A stretch of 64,000 nucleotides of DNA from an uncultured bacterium (GTDB lineage Bacteria; Acidobacteriota; Thermoanaerobaculia; Multivoradales; JAHZIX01). Below are positions 49,301-58,219 of this stretch, one piece after another. The notes under the pieces are model-generated. The model searched no databases, was not told the DNA's origin, and saw nothing but the letters and a program-made list of their open reading frames with translations. Position 1 is the first letter of the stretch. Each line of letters begins with the position of its first letter. The DNA lies in assembly GCA_965368975.1 (NCBI GenBank), contig CBDUPA010000001.1, positions 256,001 through 320,000 of the forward strand, in the 5' to 3' direction. The position numbers were made by a program, and so were the translations under genes.

Positions 49301-50448
49301 CACCGGAACTTGCAGTGCACCGATCTCTTACAGCACTTGCAATGGGAAGTGTTGGCAAGTCTTGCTATGCGCCCCTAGCAGTCTCAATCATTCGTAGATC
49401 TCTAGCAGGGCTTCTGAGTTCGCTCAGGAGCACTGATTGTTTACGAAATGATCTGGGGGGGAATGGTACTCGTCTACCTGCCGCTTTCCGGCTGAGTAAC
49501 GAGAGCATCGACCTGGTAGTAGTGCCTTCTTGGCCAAAAACTGCAGCTAACTGCAGGCCAGCAGATGACGAGTACTTCGAGCGGCCACTTGCAAGACATG
49601 TATTATGGGAGTCGTTCGACTATTGTTCATGGTTGGGTTATGAATCTGCCCGAGTCAGTACTTTTGAGCGGTTCTTGTTGGACGCTTTTCCGAAGTATTT
49701 TTCCGCTGCCTTTGGCCGGAATTTCAGACTGTGGTTTGAAGAGTATTTTTTGATGGATCATGAGACAATCTTGTCCAGCGAAGTGGCCCACCGCTTTGCA
49801 TGTGACTTCATGCGCTATTTCGCGGGGCAATTTGGACGCTACTTCACTAGATATAATGAAAAGAGATTTCGGCTAGAGTTTTTGAATGATAGAGATAATA
49901 TATTGGTAGAGCCAGCTTCTGAGTCCCGTTCCGCAGAGCTGGAGATTCGGGAAGGAGCGTGTAGGCTTGAAGGAAAGGACTCTGCGGAAGGTCGCCATGC
50001 CGGTGTGGTCTTAACTCGTCTGGCGAGTGAGGCGTGGCTTGCCATGGTAGCTACTCATGATGAGCAAGATCGCTACCGCCTGATGTTTATTCACTATCGG
50101 GTTTTCAATTGCTGGCTACTCACTATCTGGCACCGTGTAGACGTGCTGAGAGTTAGAGTTCCTCAAGCGTATTCCTGGACCGACGACGCGACCGCCCTCT
50201 ACCTCGCCCTCGGCTGGACCCAAGCCACCACCACCCACCAATGGCCCGCCACTGACACCTGGATCGAACAAGTCTCCCAGCGTCCCGACCACTGGTTCCC
50301 GCGCTCCCAGTGGCACCTCTGCTACCTCCTGCACAACCCGGACGACCCAGAGCACCAGGAAGGCTATCGTCAAGCGCTGGCAGAAGGCGAGTCGGACAAA
50401 GAGCGTCCGGGATTGGCGGGGATACTACGGGAGTTGGTGCCGGTGTAG
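46387..50448 (+). CDS. Calcineurin-like metallophosphoesterase fused to a NACHT NTPase (NLR-like)
   Basis: LHLSDFH, TGDIAN, VPGNHD, VHHP, GHYH; Walker A GDPGSGKTT; Walker B LLDGLDEV; VTSR; NPMLATL; FFHLSLLEYL. Visibly lower GC than its flanks. Confidence 0.88.
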   Translation: MNKKLRVLHLSDFHFIARPSGSEDNATRDEPPLREWQRRATLTALLAKLRELKAEGLGPDLVCLTGDIANHGKREEFQEAERYFHKVAEVLELEPRERFFVVPGNHDVDRSKVTLGDTAIQAALTDSESVASILDDRGVMTGVLGRRLEEFYAFTERLCGSARAWPLNRPWHVVVPQVNGIRVGMVQLNSAWTSGQAGEDGSLVIGEVQVYEALQEAEDAHVTFVLVHHPLEALQSWDRLGIRRLMMGPMGTHFLFRGHYHENEVLDFRVPGGEGYTELAAGATYPGTGWRKHFYLLSLDFEAGSGKLRSFEYSSGDGGFWAPDTRSHRAFRSGGCVFALPGKKMVAEGKRNYDGMTIGKVRFGVAVKHYRAAVAAVHGAVRFVGFGDSSPRPNVQVEQLFVPMRLVWRGAARQHDLSTQELLSRLLTSRRPNRLVVLGDPGSGKTTLCRFLASAIAGGVPGLQNRSVFDDSELLPLFLPFRDYVREQRKDSSLSLVDYLYRQATGHLQVPLPNMFFQQILVNGGAVMLLDGLDEVGSAGEREEMRVRVVAFCRLYERVPVLVTSRIAGYDQAPLQSSDGMFPALQLAAFSNVDLKLFVRNWYRLVEAGDVRAQDEGATELLAAFAADPRVQELARNPMLATLIALVHRYEAHLPGERAKLYELCVKTMLETWPAARRMQFLDIDEGLQRFLLEQLAFRMQERRSHGDDGEVSTTEEQLILDLTEIASELLDVGSYPPGHRHLVRRWVRFLQEGTGLLVEQQLHVFSFFHLSLLEYLSACGLERQAYQASQELAREVAARFVDPVWREVCLLTVGVHAVDKGFLDNLFEEVAGRSGSWSFLLACLREEANFSASQRSKILDGAARDLLDRDVGTWEMEQRMFDELLRFSRRHHAAARAWLAHQMERREASLIQGAIALRLHRRSETLAELQVVAKPEVIAPALLDFWPSELGRWATNVLPTEEVLQWAYQGPPELAVHRSLTALAMGSVGKSCYAPLAVSIIRRSLAGLLSSLRSTDCLRNDLGGNGTRLPAAFRLSNESIDLVVVPSWPKTAANCRPADDEYFERPLARHVLWESFDYCSWLGYESARVSTFERFLLDAFPKYFSAAFGRNFRLWFEEYFLMDHETILSSEVAHRFACDFMRYFAGQFGRYFTRYNEKRFRLEFLNDRDNILVEPASESRSAELEIREGACRLEGKDSAEGRHAGVVLTRLASEAWLAMVATHDEQDRYRLMFIHYRVFNCWLLTIWHRVDVLRVRVPQAYSWTDDATALYLALGWTQATTTHQWPATDTWIEQVSQRPDHWFPRSQWHLCYLLHNPDDPEHQEGYRQALAEGESDKERPGLAGILRELVPV

Positions 50449-50530
50449 GTACGCCCACCTGGAGCGCTACCACCGCCCCGACCTTGAATTCTCTTGTTGC
50501 CGGCGGTACATCTCCGCTATCCTGCCCCGC

Positions 50531-51235
50531 ATGCTCGACACGAAGAGGCTCGGGGCGGCGCTCCGGCGGTTGCGGGTGCAGCGTGGGTGCACGCGCGCGC
50601 AGTTGGCGCGGCGCTTGAAAGTCGACGCCTACTACCTGCGTGGCTGGGAGCGAGGCGAGCCGATGCAGTTGCACAAGTTGGGCGAGGTGCTCGACGCGTT
50701 GCAGTGCAATCTGTGTGACGTCGAGCTGGCGCTGGCGGTGGCGGACGCTGGGGTAGCGGAGGAGGACGAGCTGGAGGCCGCGGCGCGGGAGTTCATCGGG
50801 GAGGCGCAGTTGCGCGACCCTTGTCCCTCGATGCTCGGCGACGCGGCGCGCTGTGGCCGGGCGCTGCGCTGGCTTCGCGAGGCGCGGGGGCAGAGCTTGC
50901 GGGAGCTGGCGGAGCGAACGGGGATGAAGCTGCAGCAGATCTCGGTCTACGAGAAGGCGAGCAGCCGGCCGATGGTGGGCAAGTTGGTGGAGCTGTTGAC
51001 AGCGCTCGGAGCGGGGCTCGGCGACTTGCACGAAGCGTTGATCTTGACGGCCGCACAGCCGCCGAGCCAAGACTGGCAGCGCTCCGAGCTGGACGAGTTG
51101 CGCCTGGCGCTACTCGGTCTCGGGCACGCGCGGCCGTCGGCGCGGCAGGAGGAGAGGCTGTTCGAGATTCTCGACGACTGCCGGCAGCAACTGGACGCGT
51201 CGGTGGCGCGAAGGCGTGCGGACGAGGACGCCTGA
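50531..51235 (+). CDS. Transcriptional regulator with two XRE-type HTH domains
   Basis: LGAALRRLRVQRGCTRAQLA...WERG and GRALRWLREARGQSLRELAERTG...ISVYEK. Confidence 0.8.
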   Translation: MLDTKRLGAALRRLRVQRGCTRAQLARRLKVDAYYLRGWERGEPMQLHKLGEVLDALQCNLCDVELALAVADAGVAEEDELEAAAREFIGEAQLRDPCPSMLGDAARCGRALRWLREARGQSLRELAERTGMKLQQISVYEKASSRPMVGKLVELLTALGAGLGDLHEALILTAAQPPSQDWQRSELDELRLALLGLGHARPSARQEERLFEILDDCRQQLDASVARRRADEDA

Positions 51236-51297
51236 CGGCCCGGGCGAGAACAACGCCTGACGGCACGGGCGAGTACAACGCCTGACGGCACGGCGAG
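51228..51297. repeat. 25-bp tandem repeat (2.8 copies) spanning the XRE stop codon
   Basis: ACGCCTGACGGC(C/A)CGGGCGAG(A/T)ACA at 51228 and 51253, partial copy at 51278. Confidence 0.85.
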
Positions 51298-51304
51298 CCG
51301 GGGG

Positions 51305-52882
51305 TCAGGTGCGGATGGGCAGCGGCAGGACTTCGGTCGGCACGAGCAGGGAGGCGGCGTCGGGTGCGGGCATGTCGGGGGTGGTCCACAGGCAGCCATC
51401 GCGCGCGGCATGCCAGGGGCAGCTGGGGTAGTGCTGCCACCGTTCGAGGTCGGCACGCAACTGCTGGATGGAGGCGCTCGGGGCGCTGGCGTCGCGCAGT
51501 CGCGGCACGAGAGCGCACCAGCGACGTTGCAGCTCGGCGGGGGCGCCGTCGAGGTGGGCCCGGCTGGTTTCGTCGTCCAGCCAGCGTGCCGGGTCTGGGC
51601 GTGGCCAGGGCATGGCTGCTTCCAGCTCGACCAGGTCGAGAGTGATGGCGAAGAGGCTCCGGGGGAGAGGAAGAGTGCAGCCTTGTGCCGTCTCAGCAAT
51701 CCCCTGCGCTGCCGGCATGTCGTCTGCGCCTTCCTGTGCGGCGGACGTGCGCGCGCGCTGCAGCCACAGCCGGGCACTCTTGGGGTTGTCCATACCCAGG
51801 AACAGAAAGCCCTGCGCGGCCTCGACGCCGCTGCGCGGGCTGCCGGGAGTGGTGCGTGCCAGCTCCAGTTCCTGCGAACCCTGCACGATGTTGCCGGCTT
51901 CCAAGTGCAGCAGGGCGAGCTCGAGACTCAGGCGTCCACGTAGCTCGGGTTCACGCCGCAGGTCGAGGACTTGGAGCGCCGCGTCGAGCCGCACGGCAGC
52001 TTGACGCGGTAGCCCGTTCCAGGCGGCGAGCTGGGCCAGCTGGCGATACTGCAGACCGGCGGCGAAGAAGCTGCTGATGTCAAAGTAGAGTTCGGCGGCG
52101 TCGAGCCAGAGGTCGCGAGCGTGGTCCAGGTAGCCATAGGCGGCGTGCGTCGCCGCGCTGCAGCTGAGCCACAGCGCGTGGCTACGGATCGGCAGGTGGA
52201 CGCGGCGTGGTGGTTGCACGGTGCCGTCGCTGCCGCGGCCCCAGCACTGCAAGCGGCGGCGCGTTCGTAGGGTGTCTTCGGCGCGACGAAGCAGGCGTAA
52301 GGCTTCGTCGAGCTGGCCCTGCAGAGCGGTGATCAGGCCACCGACGCTGTCGATCTCGGCTTGCACCACGCGCAGGGTCGACCGCTCGCCGCGCCGTCGT
52401 TCGCTCAACTCTTGGAGGATGAGTTCGGCCAGGCCGAGCAGCTGACGCGCCGGCTCGAGATCCTTCCCGGAAGTGGCGAGGAAGGCAGCCTCGGCGCAGC
52501 ACAGGTGGGCGAGTTGCGGTCGCAGGACTTCGCTGTCCATTCGCGACAGCCGTTTGGGGAGGGTGGCCGGATCACCCTGCAGCAGCGTGTCGAGCTGGGC
52601 CCCGGTGCTGCGTGGGAAGTCGCGGTAGTTCGGTTGGCTCAGACGCTCGGGGGCCAACGTGTGGCGCAGCAGGTGCAGGCGCCGCTTCCCTTCGACTTGC
52701 CGAGGGGGACGGGGAAATCCAGTGTGCTGGCTGTACTCTTCCCAGCCGCGGATCCAGTTCGAACCTTGCTCCAACAACTCGTCCAGGGCCAGCAGGAAGA
52801 TCAGCTCCGGTTCCGACTCGGCGCCGATCTTGTGGCGCAGGGTCTGGGTCTGTCCCCACTCGGACTCGGAGAGACGGTGCAA
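51305..52882 (-). CDS. Hypothetical helical/TPR-like protein
   Basis: AGGAG RBS before TTG; amphipathic A/L-rich repeats (LDEALRLLRRAE, LSLELALLHLEAG). Confidence 0.6.
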   Translation of the reverse strand: MHRLSESEWGQTQTLRHKIGAESEPELIFLLALDELLEQGSNWIRGWEEYSQHTGFPRPPRQVEGKRRLHLLRHTLAPERLSQPNYRDFPRSTGAQLDTLLQGDPATLPKRLSRMDSEVLRPQLAHLCCAEAAFLATSGKDLEPARQLLGLAELILQELSERRRGERSTLRVVQAEIDSVGGLITALQGQLDEALRLLRRAEDTLRTRRRLQCWGRGSDGTVQPPRRVHLPIRSHALWLSCSAATHAAYGYLDHARDLWLDAAELYFDISSFFAAGLQYRQLAQLAAWNGLPRQAAVRLDAALQVLDLRREPELRGRLSLELALLHLEAGNIVQGSQELELARTTPGSPRSGVEAAQGFLFLGMDNPKSARLWLQRARTSAAQEGADDMPAAQGIAETAQGCTLPLPRSLFAITLDLVELEAAMPWPRPDPARWLDDETSRAHLDGAPAELQRRWCALVPRLRDASAPSASIQQLRADLERWQHYPSCPWHAARDGCLWTTPDMPAPDAASLLVPTEVLPLPIRT

Positions 52883-53208
52883 CGATGAACTCCTTCTGAC
52901 TGCCTGGACCTCTGTTGGGATATGCGTATCGACGTATGTGAACCGACTCCTTGGAAAGCAAGCTTCTCTGTTCGAAGTATCCGCTTCGACATGTCTCGAC
53001 CGTAGGCCAACTTTCGAGGTGTAACCCTCGTTCGACCAAGTAGTTGGAAGCGGCTACCATGGAAACTCAAAGACACCGCGCCGGGAAGACGATTGCCAGC
53101 GCTGCCGCGGCGCGGTTGGAGGACAAACAAATCTCCAGCCTAGGGAGATCAAGGTGGCTCATGGACCTTTCGGCCCTGAGCCATACACGCAGTCTACATC
53201 GTGAAGCT

Positions 53209-53224
53209 TGATATTTCAATATCA
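53209..53224. promoter_or_regulatory. Perfect palindrome, candidate operator
   Basis: TGATATT-TC-AATATCA in the divergent intergenic region. Confidence 0.5.
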
Positions 53225-53341
53225 GGCAGGCTTCCCCCCAGAGTCGCACCGGCACGCATCGCCGGTGCGCCAAGCAAACCCGCGGCGTTCTTCCGGGCCG
53301 TGGTGGTACCGGTGGAGCGTCGCTCGCATGGAGGAAATGTC

Positions 53342-53494
53342 ATGAGTGAGCAAGCGACGCTGGGCAATCGAGCGACCGTACCGAGTACCCGACAGCACAC
53401 AAGAAGGGCGCGGGGAGCGTGGATGGATCCTGTCGGCAGTCCAAACCTGTGTGGCCGCGGCAGCGGATCAAGAGGGATCCTCGCGGCTATCTGA
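53342..53494 (+). CDS. 50-aa small peptide with GAWMDPVG motif
   Basis: GGAGG 7 nt before ATG; a strong hairpin follows the stop. Confidence 0.45.
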   Translation: MSEQATLGNRATVPSTRQHTRRARGAWMDPVGSPNLCGRGSGSRGILAAI

Positions 53495-53508
53495 GGTAGC
53501 GAGGCTCT

Positions 53509-53536
53509 CCGGGCCGCGGTAGGTGCCGCGGCCCGG
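53509..53536 (+). terminator. GC hairpin after the small peptide ORF
   Basis: CCGGGCCGCGG-TAGGTG-CCGCGGCCCGG, 11-bp perfect stem; weak U tract. Confidence 0.5.
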
Positions 53537-53662
53537 TTGGGCTTGTGCCGGCAGAGCTCGGGCCACCGGGAGCGATCAGTTGCACTGGCGGCAGGGCCGG
53601 TATAGCATCTCAGACATCGTAGTGAATTCCGGCGTTTCGCGAGCCGATTCGGAGGAGCCAGC

Positions 53663-54994
53663 ATGGAACCAGCCGCCCTGGACGCAGCCCTGATCGATCC
53701 CATTTCCGCGCCCCCGGCAGCCGACGGCCCGGAGGTTTCGATGCATGCGATCGCGGACTTCTTGGAGGTGGTCACCGAACACGGCAGTTTCACCGAGGTG
53801 ATGTTGCCCTTGCTGGTCGACCATCCACGCTTCCGCGACGCCTACGCCGAGTACCTGGCGCTGGAGCGGCGCTTCTGCCACCCGCACCGGTCGGTCCTGC
53901 GCTGGGAGTTGCAGGGCCTGGAAGAGGATGTGCGTTGGCTGCTGGATCTGTCGCCCGACGAGCGAGATGTGTACCTCGCCCAGCCGGAGGCCGAAACGCT
54001 CTACAGCTGGAGCTTGTGCGTGCGGTTGCTCGAGCTGGCCCTCGATCTCGTGCACCGGCAGCCGGCGTCGGCACGGCGGCTGGCGCGGCTGGCCATTCGC
54101 CTCGCCGATGGGCTGCCGGCGCAGGACTTTACAGCCGCTGAGCGGCGTCAGCTGACAGCGTTGGCGCGGGCGCACGTCGGCAATGCGTACCGCGTCGAGG
54201 GGCGGCTGCGCCAGGCCGAAGAATGCTTCGAGGACGCGGACTCGGCGGTGTTCCGGGGGGGCTGGACGCTGCTCGGCCTGGGTGCCGAAGTCAGCGTGTT
54301 GCACTCCTACTTGCTGCGCGACCAGCGGCACTTTCAACGTGCTTGCTCGTTGGCCAGTGAAGCCCGCCGCCTGGCCCGGCGCGGGCAGCGGCCGAAGATC
54401 GAGGTCTGGGCGTCGATGAACCTGGCGTCGATCCACTTCTTCTCCGGCCACCCAGGCCAGGCTCTCGAGGAACTGGACCGTTGCATGCCGGTGCTGCAGG
54501 GGCTACAGCGCAGTGAGCAGAACGAACAATGGTATGTGCAGGCGCTGGGCAATCGCGCGATGCTGCTGGCACAGTGCGGTGCGCCCGAGAAAGCGCTGCA
54601 GGCGCTGCGCGACGCTCGGCCAGCGATCCGCCAGCACGGCAGCCCGGCGGACCAGGTGCGCTCGATCTGGATCGAGGCCGGTGCCTGGCAGCAACTCGGC
54701 GAGTGGACGCAGGCGCGTCAGGGCTACCAGGCGGTGATCGATGGCTTCCTGGGCTTGGCCCGGGCTTACGACGTGGCGCTGGTGACGCTGGAGCTGGCGA
54801 CGTTGCTGCTGCAGCGCGGCGAGACGGCGGAGGTGCGGCGGCTGGCGTCGCACATTCTGCCGGTCTTCCAGCAGCAGGGTGTCGACCGCGAGACACGCGG
54901 CACCCTGGAGTTGTTCCAGCGTGCGGCTTTGACGGAGCAGTTGTCGCTGCTCCAGGTATCGTCCTGGTTGCAGCAGCTGCGCGCGGTGAGCTGA
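53663..54994 (+). CDS. TPR-like helical repeat protein
   Basis: GGAGGAG RBS; ARAHVGNAYRVEGRLRQAEECF, YDVALVTLELATLLLQRGETAEVRRLA. Confidence 0.75.
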   Translation: MEPAALDAALIDPISAPPAADGPEVSMHAIADFLEVVTEHGSFTEVMLPLLVDHPRFRDAYAEYLALERRFCHPHRSVLRWELQGLEEDVRWLLDLSPDERDVYLAQPEAETLYSWSLCVRLLELALDLVHRQPASARRLARLAIRLADGLPAQDFTAAERRQLTALARAHVGNAYRVEGRLRQAEECFEDADSAVFRGGWTLLGLGAEVSVLHSYLLRDQRHFQRACSLASEARRLARRGQRPKIEVWASMNLASIHFFSGHPGQALEELDRCMPVLQGLQRSEQNEQWYVQALGNRAMLLAQCGAPEKALQALRDARPAIRQHGSPADQVRSIWIEAGAWQQLGEWTQARQGYQAVIDGFLGLARAYDVALVTLELATLLLQRGETAEVRRLASHILPVFQQQGVDRETRGTLELFQRAALTEQLSLLQVSSWLQQLRAVS

Positions 54995-55057
54995 GTCGCG
55001 GTTCCAGGGCTGCCTACGGCCCCGAGCCGTCCCACAGCTCAGGGATTGGAGGCTGTT

Positions 55058-56500
55058 CTACAGCTGGATGTGCCCGGCGGTCTTGAGCCGCCAGAACAGG
55101 ATCAGCGCCTCGGTCTCGTCCATCGGTGAGATCTTGAGGATCGACTTGATGTCGTAGCGGCCGTCGAGTCGCGACAGGATGAAGCCTTCCTGCGCCGACA
55201 CGTCGAGCTTGGTCAGCTGGTCCATGGTGACTGCCAGCTTGGGCACTGCCCTGAGGTTGACGCCGTCTTTCTCCAGCGAGGAGCGCAGCAGACCCTCGAC
55301 GTGCTGGATGGTACTGGCCAAGGTCTTGTCGTCGGGGCGTAGACCTTTGGCCGAGCGCAGGTACTTGAGCGCCTTGTCGAAATCCTTGTTGCCGATGCGT
55401 TCGGACGCGGCGTTGAGCAGCGAGTCGGGGTCGAGCGGGGAGACGCCACCAGCTGCGCCTCCGTCGCTGTTGGCGCCCTGCTGGGGCATCTGTGGCTGCT
55501 GCTGCGGATAGCCGCCGGAGCCTGGCTGACCACCATAACCTTGCGGTGGTCCCTGAGGGTAACCTTGAGGCATCTGATATCCCTGAGGCGGCATCTGATA
55601 TCCCTGAGGCGGCATCTGGTATCCCTGCGGCGGCATCTGGTATCCCTGTGGCATCATCGGCTGCTGGTGCTGCTGGCCCCCGTTCTGGTGTTGCTGCTGC
55701 TGGTGCTGCTGGCCCCCGTTCTGGTGTTGCTGCTGCTGGGGTTGCTGCGGCTGGTTCTGGTCTTGTGCCGGTGTCTCGACAGGGACTTCGATGCGGATGA
55801 TGCGCGGCTTGATCACCTTGATGCGATGGGCGTTGAGGAGGCCGTAGAGCACGCTGCAGACGTGGAATTCGCTGGAGTGTGTCTGCAGGCGGATCTCTTC
55901 CACCGTGCGCTCGTCGTTGATCGCCATCATGACGGTCCGCGAGGCGGGGTCGAGGTCCGGGTCCTGCGGGTCGCTGACCAGCACCGGGACGCAGTGCTTG
56001 TTGGAGATGCGCTCGCGGATGCGGTGCCACTCGTCGACGCGGCGCGCCCCCTCCATGATGATGCCGGTGACGTCGAGGTTGAGCGGCACCATGATCTTGT
56101 CGGGCACTTCGTCGTCGATGAAGCGGAACTCGCCCTCGGACCAGGTGAAGATGTCGTAGATACTCTCTTCGGCCTTGAGGCGCAGGAGCTTCTGCAGTTG
56201 CGCTTGCTCGACAGCGCCCTGGTCGACCAGGATCTTTCCCAGCAGCTGCTTCTGCACTTCCTGCTGCTGGATGGCGGCGTTGAGTTGCTCTTCGGAGATC
56301 AAGCCCTGCGAGACCAGGAAGTGCCCCAGGTACTCGTTGGGATCGGTCGAGGCGGAGGACTCCAGCTTGCCGCCCTTGAGGAAGATGCGCTTCTCGACTT
56401 CACCGCTGTGAATGACCAGAGTTCCGGTCTTCTGCCCCTGGGACAACCACTGCAGCAGCTCGGCGAGCTGCATGGTCTTGAGGTTGCCAGTGATGCTCAT
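55058..56500 (-). CDS. DUF4388 domain protein with Gln/Pro-rich linker
   Basis: MSITGNLKTMQLAELLQWL...KTGTL; LGKILV; FTWSEGEFRF; IMEGARRVDEW. Confidence 0.88.
   Translation of the reverse strand: MSITGNLKTMQLAELLQWLSQGQKTGTLVIHSGEVEKRIFLKGGKLESSASTDPNEYLGHFLVSQGLISEEQLNAAIQQQEVQKQLLGKILVDQGAVEQAQLQKLLRLKAEESIYDIFTWSEGEFRFIDDEVPDKIMVPLNLDVTGIIMEGARRVDEWHRIRERISNKHCVPVLVSDPQDPDLDPASRTVMMAINDERTVEEIRLQTHSSEFHVCSVLYGLLNAHRIKVIKPRIIRIEVPVETPAQDQNQPQQPQQQQHQNGGQQHQQQQHQNGGQQHQQPMMPQGYQMPPQGYQMPPQGYQMPPQGYQMPQGYPQGPPQGYGGQPGSGGYPQQQPQMPQQGANSDGGAAGGVSPLDPDSLLNAASERIGNKDFDKALKYLRSAKGLRPDDKTLASTIQHVEGLLRSSLEKDGVNLRAVPKLAVTMDQLTKLDVSAQEGFILSRLDGRYDIKSILKISPMDETEALILFWRLKTAGHIQL
55561..55738. repeat. 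In-frame tandem repeats (21-bp MPPQGYQ x~4; 36-bp QQHQNGGQQHQQ x2)
   Basis: Repeats of GGCGGCATCTG(A/G)TATCCCTG and TGCTGCTGGCCCCCGTTCTGGTGTTGC are directly visible. Confidence 0.85.
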
Positions 56501-56553
56501 GCCGTGGTGCTCATGCGGTGGTGTTGCCCTGGGTGGCTGGCTGGGTCGGGGGA

Positions 56554-57042
56554 TCAGGAGCGCGCGCGCGTCGTGCCCGTCTGTCCCTGGTAGTGGCTGG
56601 AGGAACCCGGGGCCCCGTAGGGCACTTCAGGCTCGGCTTCCATGGAGATGAAGATCAGCTGCGCAATGCGCCGGCCGGCTTCGAGCACGAACGGCTCGGG
56701 GCCGAGGTTCTGCAGCTCCAGCGTGATGTTGCCTTCGAAACCGGGATCGCACCAACCCGCCAGGCTGTGGTTGATCCAGAGCCGCCCGAGGGTCGATTTC
56801 AGCTTGAGGTCGCACGCTACGTCCTTGGGGATACGGACGTACTCGAGCGTGGACGCCAGCACGACCTCGCCAGGAAACAGCTTGATGTGTGGCGCACTGA
56901 ACTCTTCCGGGTCGCGGGTCGGGCAGATCCAGTGCTCACTGACCCGCACGTCGAAGCTGGCGGAGTTCACCTGCTCGGGCGCGAAAGGGGCGGCTCCACC
57001 TTGTTCGCCCCAGCGCCGGATCCAGCGATCAGGCTTGATCAT
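56554..57042 (-). CDS. dcd: dCTP deaminase
   Basis: [40 protein letters not shown]; ATGA overlap with the glpX stop. Confidence 0.9.
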   Translation of the reverse strand: MIKPDRWIRRWGEQGGAAPFAPEQVNSASFDVRVSEHWICPTRDPEEFSAPHIKLFPGEVVLASTLEYVRIPKDVACDLKLKSTLGRLWINHSLAGWCDPGFEGNITLELQNLGPEPFVLEAGRRIAQLIFISMEAEPEVPYGAPGSSSHYQGQTGTTRARS

Positions 57043-58016
57043 AGCTTGACGACGCCCTCGTCGGTATCGCGGTGGATCGTGTCGACAAAGCGGATGATAC
57101 GGCGCGACAGGGACATGAACAGCGTGTGGGTGCGGCTGCCGGTGCCGAAGAAGCGGGCGCCGCGCAGCAGCTCGCCGTCGGTGACGCCGGTGCAACTGAA
57201 GATCAGGTGCTCCCCGGGTGCCAGGTCCTCGGTGCTGTAGATGCGGTCACGGTCGGTGATGCCGAGGTCGGTGAGGCGCTGCTCCTGGGCGTCGCTGAGC
57301 GCTTTCAGGCGTGCCTGGATCTCGCCTCCCAGGCAGCGCATGGCGGCTGCTGACAGCACACCCTCGGGTGCGCCGCCGGTGCCCATCACCGCGTGCACGC
57401 CGGTGCCGCGGACGGCGGCCGCGATGCCCGCGGAGAGGTCGCCGTCGCGGATCAGGCGGATGCGCGCGCCGGCCGCGCGAATGTCGGCGATCAGCTGACG
57501 GTGGCGGTCACGGTCGAGCACCATGATCGTCAGGTCGGAGACCTCGCGGTCGAAGGCGCGCGCGATGTTGCGCAGGTTCTCGGCCACCGGGGCGTCCAGA
57601 TGGACGTGGCCGCGCGCCGTCGGTCCGACGATGATCTTTTCCATGTAGGTGTCGGGCGCGTGCAGCAGGCCGCCGCTCTCCGACGCCGCCAGCACCGCCA
57701 CCGCGCCGGCCGCGCCGCTGGCACACAGGTCGGTGCCTTCGAGCGGATCGACCGCGATATCGACGCCGTCTTCTTCACGGTTCTTGGACGCGCCCAGTTC
57801 TTCGCCGATATAGAGCATCGGCGCTTCGTCGCGCTCACCCTCACCGATCACTACGCGGCCGGCGATCGGCATGGCGCCGAGTTCCTGGCGCATCGACTCC
57901 ACCGCCACGCGGTCCGAGTGCTTGGCATCGCCGAAGCCCATGGTCTGCGCGGCGGCCAACGCGGCACGTTCGGTGACCTGGATGAAGCCTTGTTCGAGGA
58001 ATGCATTCAAGGGCAT
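57039..58016 (-). CDS. glpX: Fructose-1,6-bisphosphatase class II
   Basis: [48 protein letters not shown]. Confidence 0.95.
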   Translation of the reverse strand: MPLNAFLEQGFIQVTERAALAAAQTMGFGDAKHSDRVAVESMRQELGAMPIAGRVVIGEGERDEAPMLYIGEELGASKNREEDGVDIAVDPLEGTDLCASGAAGAVAVLAASESGGLLHAPDTYMEKIIVGPTARGHVHLDAPVAENLRNIARAFDREVSDLTIMVLDRDRHRQLIADIRAAGARIRLIRDGDLSAGIAAAVRGTGVHAVMGTGGAPEGVLSAAAMRCLGGEIQARLKALSDAQEQRLTDLGITDRDRIYSTEDLAPGEHLIFSCTGVTDGELLRGARFFGTGSRTHTLFMSLSRRIIRFVDTIHRDTDEGVVKL

Positions 58017-58219
58017 GGAGGGCTCCTCTTCGTCTGGCCGCTTCGTCTCGTCGCTTCTTCTGGCCGAAGATGGCCGATCGGACCCGGGCCGTGGAATTGC
58101 GTGTTCAGATCTTGCGTCCCGGGCGGTCACGGTCGACGCCCGGGCCTTCGGTACTTCGAGCCGGTGGGCAGGGCTAGTTCGTGCCTCGGCCCGCGTGCCT
58201 CGATCTGCTGGCTAGAGAT

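Noticed and set aside
46354-55057. Prophage or integrative element carrying the NACHT/XRE/TPR block
   Set aside because: No integrase, transposase, tRNA target, phage gene or flanking direct repeat was seen.
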